This document shows positions 26,790 to 39,289 of a stretch of 64,000 bases of DNA, piece by piece. Below the pieces are notes generated by a model that saw only the letters and a list, made by a program, of their open reading frames with translations, had not been told where the DNA came from and searched no databases. Each line of letters opens with the position of its first letter. Within the stretch, counting starts at the first letter, position 1. Origin of the DNA: Auanema rhodensis (Eukaryota > Animalia > Nematoda). Made by a program: the position numbers and the translations under genes. The stretch spans positions 20,212,001-20,276,000 of the forward strand of contig OZ059895.1 in NCBI GenBank assembly GCA_964057225.1, in the 5' to 3' direction.

Positions 26790-29700
26790 GAATCTAAAAA
26801 CATCTACTTCTTGCTAAATTATTTTGAAATTTTTCGAAAAAATTTTTGTCAAAATGTTTTTGGAAGCAATGTTGAGTGTACATGGAAACTCAACATACAC
26901 TAATGCATCATTTTTCAAACGATCATAACTAATTTTTGTATTGAGCGTTTCTCAATGTAGTATAGTGCATTCGATGCGGATTTTTAAGCTGCGTCGATCT
27001 GTGTTATCAGATTTGCGCTAGCTTAAAAATGCACCGAGATATCAACTGATATATGTTCACACTTATATCCTCGATTTTCACCCTGAAGAAATTATTTTTT
27101 CGTTGAATAACATTGTCCATCGTCTTTGCCTTGAAAAAAGGAATCTAAAAACATCTACTTCTTGCTAAATTATTTTGATATTTTTCGAAAAAATTTTTGT
27201 CAAAATGTTTTTGGAAGCAATGTTGAGTGTACATGGAAACTCAACATACACTAATGCATCATTTTTCAAACGATCATAACTAATTTTTGTATTGAGCGTT
27301 TCTCAATGTAGTATAGTGCATTCGATGCGGATTTTTAAGCTGCGTCGATCTGTGTTATCAGATTTGCGCTAGCTTAAAAATGCACCGAGATATCAACTGA
27401 TATATGTTCACACTTATATCCTCGATTTTCACCCTGAAGAAATTATTTTTTCGTTGAATAACATTGTCCATCGTCTTTGCCTTGAAAAAAGGAATCTAAA
27501 AACATCTACTTCTTGCTAAATTATTTTGATATTTTTCGAAAAAATTTTTGTCAAAATGTTTTTGGAAGCAATGTTGAGTGTACATGGAAACTCAACATAC
27601 ACTAATGCATCATTTTTCAAACGATCATAACTAATTTTTGTATTAAGCGTTTCTCAATGTAGTATAGTGCATTCGATGCGGATTTTTAAGCTGCGTCGAT
27701 CTGTGTTATCAGATTTGCGCTAGCTTAAAAATGCACCGAGATATCAACTGATATATGTTCACACTTATATCCTCGATTTTCACCCTGAAGAAATTATTTT
27801 TTCGTTGAATAACATTGTCCATCGTCTTTGCCTTGAAAAAAGGAATCTAAAAACATCTACTTCTTGCTAAATTATTTTGAAATTTTTCGAAAAAATTTTT
27901 GTCAAAATGTTTTTGGAAGCAATGTTGAGTGTACATGGAAACTCAACATACACTAATGCATCATTTTTCAAACGATCATAACTAATTTTTGTATTGAGCG
28001 TTTCTCAATGTAGTATAGTGCATTCGATGCGGATTTTTAAGCTGCGTCGATCTGTGTTATCAGATTTGCGCTAGCTTAAAATTGCACCGAGATATCAACT
28101 GATATATGTTCACACTTATATCCTCGATTTTCACCCTGAAGAAATTATTTTTTCGTTGAATAACATTGTCCATCGTCTTTGCCTTGAAAAAAGGAATCTA
28201 AAAACATCTACTTCTTGCTAAATTATTTTGATATTTTTCGAAAAAATTTTTGTCAAAATGTTTTTGGAAGCAATGTTGAGTGTACATGGAAACTCAACAT
28301 ACACTAATGCATCATTTTTCAAACGATCATAACTAATTTTTGTATTAAGCGTTTCTCAATGTAGTATAGTGCATTCGATGCGGATTTTTAAGCTGCGTCG
28401 ATCTGTGTTATCAGATTTGCGCTAGCTTAAAAATGCACCGAGATATCAACTGATATATGTTCACACTTATATCCTCGATTTTCACCCTGAAGAAATTATT
28501 TTTTCGTTGAATAACATTGTCCATCGTCTTTGCCTTGAAAAAAGGAATCTAAAAACATCTACTTCTTGCTAAATTATTTTGAAATTTTTCGAAAAAATTT
28601 TTGTCAAAATGTTTTTGGAAGCAATGTTGAGTGTACATGGAAACTCAACATACACTAATGCATCATTTTTCAAACGATCATAACTAATTTTTGTATTGAG
28701 CGTTTCTCAATGTAGTATAGTGCATTCGATGCGGATTTTTAAGCTGCGTCGATCTGTGTTATCAGATTTGCGCTAGCTTAAAAATGCACCGAGATATCAA
28801 CTGATATATGTTCACACTTATATCCTCGATTTTCACCCTGAAGAAATTATTTTTTCGTTGAATAACATTGTCCATCGTCTTTGCCTTGAAAAAAGGAATC
28901 TAAAAACATCTACTTCTTGCTAAATTATTTTGAAATTTTTCGAAAAAATTTTTGTCAAAATGTTTTTGGAAGCAATGTTGAGTGTACATGGAAACAGATT
29001 TGCGCTAGCTTAAAAATGCACCGAGATATCAACTGATATATGTTCACACTTATATCCTCGATTTTCACCCTGAAGAAATTATTTTTTCGTTGAATAACAT
29101 TGTCCATCGTCTTTGCCTTGAAAAAGGAATCTAAAAACATCTACTTCTTGCTAAATTATTTTGAAATTTTTCGAAAAAATTTTTGTCAAAATGTTTTTGG
29201 AAGCAATGTTGAGTGTACATGGAAACTCAACATACACTAATGCATCATTTTTCAAACGATCATAACTAATTTTTGTATTGAGCGTTTCTCAATGTAGTAT
29301 AGTGCATTCGATGCGGATTTTTAAGCTGCGTCGATCTGTGTTATCAGATTTGCGCTAGCTTAAAAATGCACCGAGATATCAACTGATATATGTTCACACT
29401 TATATCCTCGATTTTCACCCTGAAGAAATTATTTTTTCGTTGAATAACATTGTCCATCGTCTTTGCCTTGAAAAAAGGAATCTAAAAACATCTACTTCTT
29501 GCTAAATTATTTTGATATTTTTCGAAAAAATTTTTGTCAAAATGTTTTTGGAAGCAATGTTGAGTGTACATGGAAACTCAACATACACTAATGCATCATT
29601 TTTCAAACGATCATAACTAATTTTTGTATTGAGCGTTTCTCAATGTAGTATAGTGCATTCGATGCGGATTTTTAAGCTGCGTCGATCTGTGTTATCAGAT

Positions 29701-32700
29701 TTGCGCTAGCTTAAAAATGCACCGAGATATCAACTGATATATGTTCACACTTATATCCTCGATTTTCACCCTGAAGAAATTATTTTTTCGTTGAATAACA
29801 TTGTCCATCGTCTTTGCCTTGAAAAAAGGAATCTAAAAACATCTACTTCTTGCTAAATTATTTTGATATTTTTCGAAAAAATTTTTGTCAAAATGTTTTT
29901 GGAAGCAATGTTGAGTGTACATGGAAACTCAACATACACTAATGCATCATTTTTCAAACGATCATAACTAATTTTTGTATTAAGCGTTTCTCAATGTAGT
30001 ATAGTGCATTCGATGCGGATTTTTAAGCTGCGTCGATCTGTGTTATCAGATTTGCGCTAGCTTAAAAATGCACCGAGATATCAACTGATATATGTTCACA
30101 CTTATATCCTCGATTTTCACCCTGAAGAAATTATTTTTTCGTTGAATAACATTGTCCATCGTCTTTGCCTTGAAAAAAGGAATCTAAAAACATCTACTTC
30201 TTGCTAAATTATTTTGAAATTTTTCGAAAAAATTTTTGTCAAAATGTTTTTGGAAGCAATGTTGAGTGTACATGGAAACTCAACATACACTAATGCATCA
30301 TTTTTCAAACGATCATAACTAATTTTTGTATTGAGCGTTTCTCAATGTAGTATAGTGCATTCGATGCGGATTTTTAAGCTGCGTCGATCTGTGTTATCAG
30401 ATTTGCGCTAGCTTAAAATTGCACCGAGATATCAACTGATATATGTTCACACTTATATCCTCGATTTTCACCCTGAAGAAATTATTTTTTCGTTGAATAA
30501 CATTGTCCATCGTCTTTGCCTTGAAAAAAGGAATCTAAAAACATCTACTTCTTGCTAAATTATTTTGATATTTTTCGAAAAAATTTTTGTCAAAATGTTT
30601 TTGGAAGCAATGTTGAGTGTACATGGAAACTCAACATACACTAATGCATCATTTTTCAAACGATCATAACTAATTTTTGTATTAAGCGTTTCTCAATGTA
30701 GTATAGTGCATTCGATGCGGATTTTTAAGCTGCGTCGATCTGTGTTATCAGATTTGCGCTAGCTTAAAAATGCACCGAGATATCAACTGATATATGTTCA
30801 CACTTATATCCTCGATTTTCACCCTGAAGAAATTATTTTTTCGTTGAATAACATTGTCCATCGTCTTTGCCTTGAAAAAAGGAATCTAAAAACATCTACT
30901 TCTTGCTAAATTATTTTGAAATTTTTCGAAAAAATTTTTGTCAAAATGTTTTTGGAAGCAATGTTGAGTGTACATGGAAACTCAACATACACTAATGCAT
31001 CATTTTTCAAACGATCATAACTAATTTTTGTATTGAGCGTTTCTCAATGTAGTATAGTGCATTCGATGCGGATTTTTAAGCTGCGTCGATCTGTGTTATC
31101 AGATTTGCGCTAGCTTAAAAATGCACCGAGATATCAACTGATATATGTTCACACTTATATCCTCGATTTTCACCCTGAAGAAATTATTTTTTCGTTGAAT
31201 AACATTGTCCATCGTCTTTGCCTTGAAAAAAGGAATCTAAAAACATCTACTTCTTGCTAAATTATTTTGAAATTTTTCGAAAAAATTTTTGTCAAAATGT
31301 TTTTGGAAGCAATGTTGAGTGTACATGGAAACAGATTTGCGCTAGCTTAAAAATGCACCGAGATATCAACTGATATATGTTCACACTTATATCCTCGATT
31401 TTCACCCTGAAGAAATTATTTTTTCGTTGAATAACATTGTCCATCGTCTTTGCCTTGAAAAAAGGAATCTAAAAACATCTACTTCTTGCTAAATTATTTT
31501 GAAATTTTTCGAAAAAATTTTTGTCAAAATGTTTTTGGAAGCAATGTTGAGTGTACATGGAAACTCAACATACACTAATGCATCATTTTTCAAACGATCA
31601 TAACTAATTTTTGTATTGAGCGTTTCTCAATGTAGTATAGTGCATTCGATGCGGATTTTTAAGCTGCGTCGATCTGTGTTATCAGATTTGCGCTAGCTTA
31701 AAAATGCACCGAGATATCAACTGATATATGTTCACACTTATATCCTCGATTTTCACCCTGAAGAAATTATTTTTTCGTTGAATAACATTGTCCATCGTCT
31801 TTGCCTTGAAAAAAGGAATCTAAAAACATCTACTTCTTGCTAAATTATTTTGATATTTTTCGAAAAAATTTTTGTCAAAATGTTTTTGGAAGCAATGTTG
31901 AGTGTACATGGAAACTCAACATACACTAATGCATCATTTTTCAAACGATCATAACTAATTTTTGTATTGAGCGTTTCTCAATGTAGTATAGTGCATTCGA
32001 TGCGGATTTTTAAGCTGCGTCGATCTGTGTTATCAGATTTGCGCTAGCTTAAAAATGCACCGAGATATCAACTGATATATGTTCACACTTATATCCTCGA
32101 TTTTCACCCTGAAGAAATTATTTTTTCGTTGAATAACATTGTCCATCGTCTTTGCCTTGAAAAAAGGAATCTAAAAACATCTACTTCTTGCTAAATTATT
32201 TTGATATTTTTCGAAAAAATTTTTGTCAAAATGTTTTTGGAAGCAATGTTGAGTGTACATGGAAACTCAACATACACTAATGCATCATTTTTCAAACGAT
32301 CATAACTAATTTTTGTATTAAGCGTTTCTCAATGTAGTATAGTGCATTCGATGCGGATTTTTAAGCTGCGTCGATCTGTGTTATCAGATTTGCGCTAGCT
32401 TAAAAATGCACCGAGATATCAACTGATATATGTTCACACTTATATCCTCGATTTTCACCCTGAAGAAATTATTTTTTCGTTGAATAACATTGTCCATCGT
32501 CTTTGCCTTGAAAAAAGGAATCTAAAAACATCTACTTCTTGCTAAATTATTTTGAAATTTTTCGAAAAAATTTTTGTCAAAATGTTTTTGGAAGCAATGT
32601 TGAGTGTACATGGAAACTCAACATACACTAATGCATCATTTTTCAAACGATCATAACTAATTTTTGTATTGAGCGTTTCTCAATGTAGTATAGTGCATTC

Positions 32701-33670
32701 GATGCGGATTTTTAAGCTGCGTCGATCTGTGTTATCAGATTTGCGCTAGCTTAAAAATGCACCGAGATATCAACTGATATATGTTCACACTTATATCCTC
32801 GATTTTCACCCTGAAGAAATTATTTTTTCGTTGAATAACATTGTCCATCGTCTTTGCCTTGAAAAAAGGAATCTAAAAACATCTACTTCTTGCTAAATTA
32901 TTTTGAAATTTTTCGAAAAAATTTTTGTCAAAATGTTTTTGGAAGCAATGTTGAGTGTACATGGAAACTCAACATACACTAATGCATCATTTTTCAAACG
33001 ATCATAACTAATTTTTGTATTGAGCGTTTCTCAATGTAGTATAGTGCATTCGATGCGGATTTTTAAGCTGCGTCGATCTGTGTTATCAGATTTGCGCTAG
33101 CTTAAAAATGCACCGAGATATCAACTGATATATGTTCACACTTATATCCTCGATTTTCACCCTGAAGAAATTATTTTTTCGTTGAATAACATTGTCCATC
33201 GTCTTTGCCTTGAAAAAAGGAATCTAAAAACATCTACTTCTTGCTAAATTATTTTGAAATTTTTCGAAAAAATTTTTGTCAAAATGTTTTTGGAAGCAAT
33301 GTTGAGTGTACATGGAAACTCAACATACACTAATGCATCATTTTTCAAACGATCATAACTAATTTTTGTATTGAGCGTTTCTCAATGTAGTATAGTGCAT
33401 TCGATGCGGATTTTTAAGCTGCGTCGATCTGTGTTATCAGATTTGCGCTAGCTTAAAAATGCACCGAGATATCAACTGATATATGTTCACACTTATATCC
33501 TCGATTTTCACCCTGAAGAAATTATTTTTTCGTTGAATAACATTGTCCATCGTCTTTGCCTTGAAAAAAGGAATCTAAAAACATCTACTTCTTGCTAAAT
33601 TATTTTGAAATTTTTCGAAAAAATTTTTGTCAAAATGTTTTTGGAAGCAATGTTGAGTGTACATGGAAAC
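26790..33670. repeat. Local higher-order repeat of about 2338 bp (6 full units + 1 short unit), about 3 copies, third partial; left edge approximate
   Basis: TTTTGATATTTT marker at 27179/29516/31854 and 27530/29867/32205. AAAATTGCAC at 28082/30419. Junctions at 28995/31332/33670. Confidence 0.88.
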
Positions 33671-36600
33671 AGATTTGCGCTAGCTTAAAAATGCACCGAG
33701 ATATCAACTGATATATGTTCACACTTATATCCTCGATTTTCACCCTGAAGAAATTATTTTTTCGTTGAATAACATTGTCCATCGTCTTTGCCTTGAAAAA
33801 AGGAATCTAAAAACATCTACTTCTTGCTAAATTATTTTGAAATTTTTCGAAAAAATTTTTGTCAAAATGTTTTTGGAAGCAATGTTGAGTGTACATGGAA
33901 ACTCAACATACACTAATGCATCATTTTTCAAACGATCATAACTAATTTTTGTATTGAGCGTTTCTCAATGTAGTATAGTGCATTCGATGCGGATTTTTAA
34001 GCTGCGTCGATCTGTGTTATCAGATTTGCGCTAGCTTAAAAATGCACCGAGATATCAACTGATATATGTTCACACTTATATCCTCGATTTTCACCCTGAA
34101 GAAATTATTTTTTCGTTGAATAACATTGTCCATCGTCTTTGCCTTGAAAAAAGGAATCTAAAAACATCTACTTCTTGCTAAATTATTTTGAAATTTTTCG
34201 AAAAAATTTTTGTCAAAATGTTTTTGGAAGCAATGTTGAGTGTACATGGAAACTCAACATACACTAATGCATCATTTTTCAAACGATCATAACTAATTTT
34301 TGTATTAAGCGTTTCTCAATGTAGTATAGTGCATTCGATGCGGATTTTTAAGCTGCGTCGATCTGTGTTATCAGATTTGCTCTAGCTTAAAAATGCACCG
34401 AGATATCAACTGATATATGTTCACACTTATATCCTCGATTTTCACCCTGAAGAAATTATTTTTTCGTTGAATAACATTGTCCATCGTGTTTGCCTTGAGA
34501 AAAGGAATCTAAAAACATCTACTTCTTGCTAAATTATTTTGAAATTTTTCGAAAAAATTTTTGTCAAAATGTTTTTGGAAGCAATGTTGAGTGTACATGG
34601 AAACTCAACATACACTAATGCATCATTTTTCAAACGATCATAACTAATTTTTGTATTGAGCGTTTCTCAATGTAGTATAGTGCATTCGATGCGGATTTTT
34701 AAGCTGCGTCGATCTGTGTTATCAGATTTGCGGTAGCTTAAAAATGCACCGAGATATCAACTGATATATGTTCACACTTATATCCTCGATTTTCACCCTG
34801 AAGAAATTATTTTTTCGTTGAATAACATTGTCCATCGTCTTTGCCTTGAAAAAAGGAATCTAAAAACATCTACTTCTTGCTAAATTATTTTGATATTTTT
34901 CGAAAAAATTTTTGTCAAAATGTTTTTGGAAGCAATGTTGAGTGTACATGGAAACTCAACATACACTAATGCATCATTTTTCAAACGATCATAACTAATT
35001 TTTGTATTAAGCGTTTCTCAATGTAGTATAGTGCATTCGATGCGGATTTTTAAGCTGCGTCGATCTGTGTTATCAGATTTGCGCTAGCTTAAAAATGCAC
35101 CGAGATATCAACTGATATATGTTCACACTTATATCCTCGATTTTCACCCTGAAGAAATTATTTTTTCGTTGAATAACATTGTCCATCGTCTTTGCCTTGA
35201 AAAAAGGAATCTAAAAACATCTACTTCTTGCTAAATTATTTTGAAATTTTTCGAAAAAATTTTTGTCAAAATGTTTTTGGAAGCAATGTTGAGTGTACAT
35301 GGAAACTCAACATACACTAATGCATCATTTTTCAAACGATCATAACTAATTTTTGTATTGAGCGTTTCTCAATGTAGTATAGTGCATTCGATGCGGATTT
35401 TTAAGCTGCGTCGATCTGTGTTATCAGATTTGCGCTAGCTTAAAAATGCACCGAGATATCAACTGATATATGTTCACACTTATATCCTCAATTTTCACCC
35501 TGAAGAAATTATTTTTTCGTTGAATAACATTGTCCATCGTCTTTGCCTTGAAAAAAGGAATCTAAAAACATCTACTTCTTGCTAAATTATTTTGAAATTT
35601 TTCGAAAAAATTTTTGTCAAAATGTTTTTGGAAGCAATGTTGAGTGTACATGGAAACTCAACATACACTAATGCATCATTTTTCAAACGATCATAACTAA
35701 TTTTTGTATTGAGCGTTTCTCAATGTAGTATAGTGCATTCGATGCGGATTTTTAAGCTGCGTCGATCTGTGTTATCAGATTTGCGCTAGCTTAAAAATGC
35801 ACCGAGATATCAACTGATATATGTTCACACTTATATCCTCGATTTTCACCCTGAAGAAATTATTTTTTCGTTGAATAACATTGTCCATCGTCTTTGCCTT
35901 GAAAAAAGGAATCTAAAAACATCTACTTCTTGCTAAATTATTTTGAAATTTTTCGAAAAAATTTTTGTCAAAATGTTTTTGGAAGCAATGTTGAGTGTAC
36001 ATGGAAACTCAACATACACTAATGCATCATTTTTCAAACGATCATAACTAATTTTTGTATTGAGCGTTTCTCAATGTAGTATAGTGCATTCGATGCGGAT
36101 TTTTAAGCTGCGTCGATCTGTGTTATCAGATTTGCGCTAGCTTAAAAATGCACCGAGATATCAACTGATATATGTTCACACTTATATCCTCGATTTTCAC
36201 CCTGAAGAAATTATTTTTTCGTTGAATAACATTGTCCATCGTCTTTGCCTTGAAAAAAGGAATCTAAAAACATCTACTTCTTGCTAAATTATTTTGAAAT
36301 TTTTCGAAAAAATTTTTGTCAAAATGTTTTTGGAAGCAATGTTGAGTGTACATGGAAACTCAACATACACTAATGCATCATTTTTCAAACGATCATAACT
36401 AATTTTTGTATTGAGCGTTTCTCAATGTAGTATAGTGCATTCGATGCGGATTTTTAAGCTGCGTCGATCTGTGTTATCAGATTTGCGCTAGCTTAAAAAT
36501 GCACCGAGATATCAACTGATATATGTTCACACTTATATCCTCGATTTTCACCCTGAAGAAATTATTTTTTCGTTGAATAACATTGTCCATCGTCTTTGCC

Positions 36601-39289
36601 TTGAAAAAAGGAATCTAAAAACATCTACTTCTTGCTAAATTATTTTGAAATTTTTCGAAAAAATTTTTGTCAAAATGTTTTTGGAAGCAATGTTGAGTGT
36701 ACATGGAAACAGATTTGCGCTAGCTTAAAAATGCACCGAGATATCAACTGATATATGTTCACACTTATATCCTCGATTTTCACCCTGAAGAAATTATTTT
36801 TTCGTTGAATAACATTGTCCATCGTCTTTGCCTTGAAAAAAGGAATCTAAAAACATCTACTTCTTGCTAAATTATTTTGAAATTTTTCGAAAAAATTTTT
36901 GTCAAAATGTTTTTGGAAGCAATGTTGAGTGTACATGGAAACTCAACATACACTAATGCATCATTTTTCAAACGATCATAACTAATTTTTGTATTGAGCG
37001 TTTCTCAATGTAGTATAGTGCATTCGATGCGGATTTTTAAGCTGCGTCGATCTGTGTTATCAGATTTGCGCTAGCTTAAAAATGCACCGAGATATCAACT
37101 GATATATGTTCACACTTATATCCTCGATTTTCACCCTGAAGAAATTATTTTTTCGTTGAATAACATTGTCCATCGTCTTTGCCTTGAAAAAAGGAATCTA
37201 AAAACATCTACTTCTTGCTAAATTATTTTGAAATTTTTCGAAAAAATTTTTGTCAAAATGTTTTTGGAAGCAATGTTGAGTGTACATGGAAACTCAACAT
37301 ACACTAATGCATCATTTTTCAAACGATCATAACTAATTTTTGTATTGAGCGTTTCTCAATGTAGTATAGTGCATTCGATGCGGATTTTTAAGCTGCGTCG
37401 ATCTGTGTTATCAGATTTGCGCTAGCTTAAAAATGCACCGAGATATCAACTGATATATGTTCACACTTATATCCTCGATTTTCACCCTGAAGAAATTATT
37501 TTTTCGTTGAATAACATTGTCCATCGTCTTTGCCTTGAAAAAAGGAATCTAAAAACATCTACTTCTTGCTAAATTATTTTGAAATTTTTCGAAAAAATTT
37601 TTGTCAAAATGTTTTTGGAAGCAATGTTGAGTGTACATGGAAACAGATTTGCGCTAGCTTAAAAATGCACCGAGATATCAACTGATATATGTTCACACTT
37701 ATATCCTCGATTTTCACCCTGAAGAAATTATTTTTTCGTTGAATAACATTGTCCATCGTCTTTGCCTTGAAAAAAGGAATCTAAAAACATCTACTTCTTG
37801 CTAAATTATTTTGAAATTTTTCGAAAAAATTTTTGTCAAAATGTTTTTGGAAGCAATGTTGAGTGTACATGGAAACTCAACATACACTAATGCATCATTT
37901 TTCAAACGATCATAACTAATTTTTGTATTGAGCGTTTCTCAATGTAGTATAGTGCATTCGATGCGGATTTTTAAGCTGCGTCGATCTGTGTTATCAGATT
38001 TGCGCTAGCTTAAAAATGCACCGAGATATCAACTGATATATGTTCACACTTATATCCTCGATTTTCACCCTGAAGAAATTATTTTTTCGTTGAATAACAT
38101 TGTCCATCGTCTTTGCCTTGAAAAAAGGAATCTAAAAACATCTACTTCTTGCTAAATTATTTTGAAATTTTTCGAAAAAATTTTTGTCAAAATGTTTTTG
38201 GAAGCAATGTTGAGTGTACATGGAAACTCAACATACACTAATGCATCATTTTTCAAACGATCATAACTAATTTTTGTATTGAGCGTTTCTCAATGTAGTA
38301 TAGTGCATTCGATGCGGATTTTTAAGCTGCGTCGATCTGTGTTATCAGATTTGCGCTAGCTTAAAAATGCACCGAGATATCAACTGATATATGTTCACAC
38401 TTATATCCTCGATTTTCACCCTGAAGAAATTATTTTTTCGTTGAATAACATTGTCCATCGTCTTTGCCTTGAAAAAAGGAATCTAAAAACATCTACTTCT
38501 TGCTAAATTATTTTGAAATTTTTCGAAAAAATTTTTGTCAAAATGTTTTTGGAAGCAATGTTGAGTGTACATGGAAACTCAACATACACTAATGCATCAT
38601 TTTTCAAACGATCATAACTAATTTTTGTATTAAGCGTTTCTCAATGTAGTATAGTGCATTCGATGCGGATTTTTAAGCTGCGTCGATCTGTGTTATCAGA
38701 TTTGCTCTAGCTTAAAAATGCACCGAGATATCAACTGATATATGTTCACACTTATATCCTCGATTTTCACCCTGAAGAAATTATTTTTTCGTTGAATAAC
38801 ATTGTCCATCGTGTTTGCCTTGAGAAAAGGAATCTAAAAACATCTACTTCTTGCTAAATTATTTTGAAATTTTTCGAAAAAATTTTTGTCAAAATGTTTT
38901 TGGAAGCAATGTTGAGTGTACATGGAAACTCAACATACACTAATGCATCATTTTTCAAACGATCATAACTAATTTTTGTATTGAGCGTTTCTCAATGTAG
39001 TATAGTGCATTCGATGCGGATTTTTAAGCTGCGTCGATCTGTGTTATCAGATTTGCGGTAGCTTAAAAATGCACCGAGATATCAACTGATATATGTTCAC
39101 ACTTATATCCTCGATTTTCACCCTGAAGAAACTATTTTTTCGTTGAATAACATTGTCCATCGTCTTTGCCTTGAAAAAAGGAATCTAAAAACATCTACTT
39201 CTTGCTAAATTATTTTGATATTTTTCGAAAAAATTTTTGTCAAAATGTTTTTGGAAGCAATGTTGAGTGTACATGGAAACTCAACATAC

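Larger units (their letters stand above)
117..37644. repeat. Domain containing 17 interspersed 232-bp truncated monomers (identical 119-bp deletion, junction GGAAAC|AGATTTG)
   Basis: Junction C at 349, 1985, 3510, 5848, 9941, 12981, 16372, 18008, 19644, 20929, 22213, 25604, 28995, 31332, 33670, 36710 and 37644. These are separated by 4,4,6,11,8,9,4,4,3,3,9,9,6,6,8,2 longer units. Confidence 0.96.

Noticed and set aside
28955-29140. 61-aa minus-strand ORF
   Set aside because: It exists only because a 232-bp junction (28995) coincides with a 1-bp shortening of an A run at about 29125, which may be a homopolymer error. It lies wholly within satellite and has no recognisable protein features.
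349-37644. Information-bearing code in the short-unit spacing
   Set aside because: The spacings are explained by block duplications that shared SNPs independently confirm, so nothing further is needed.
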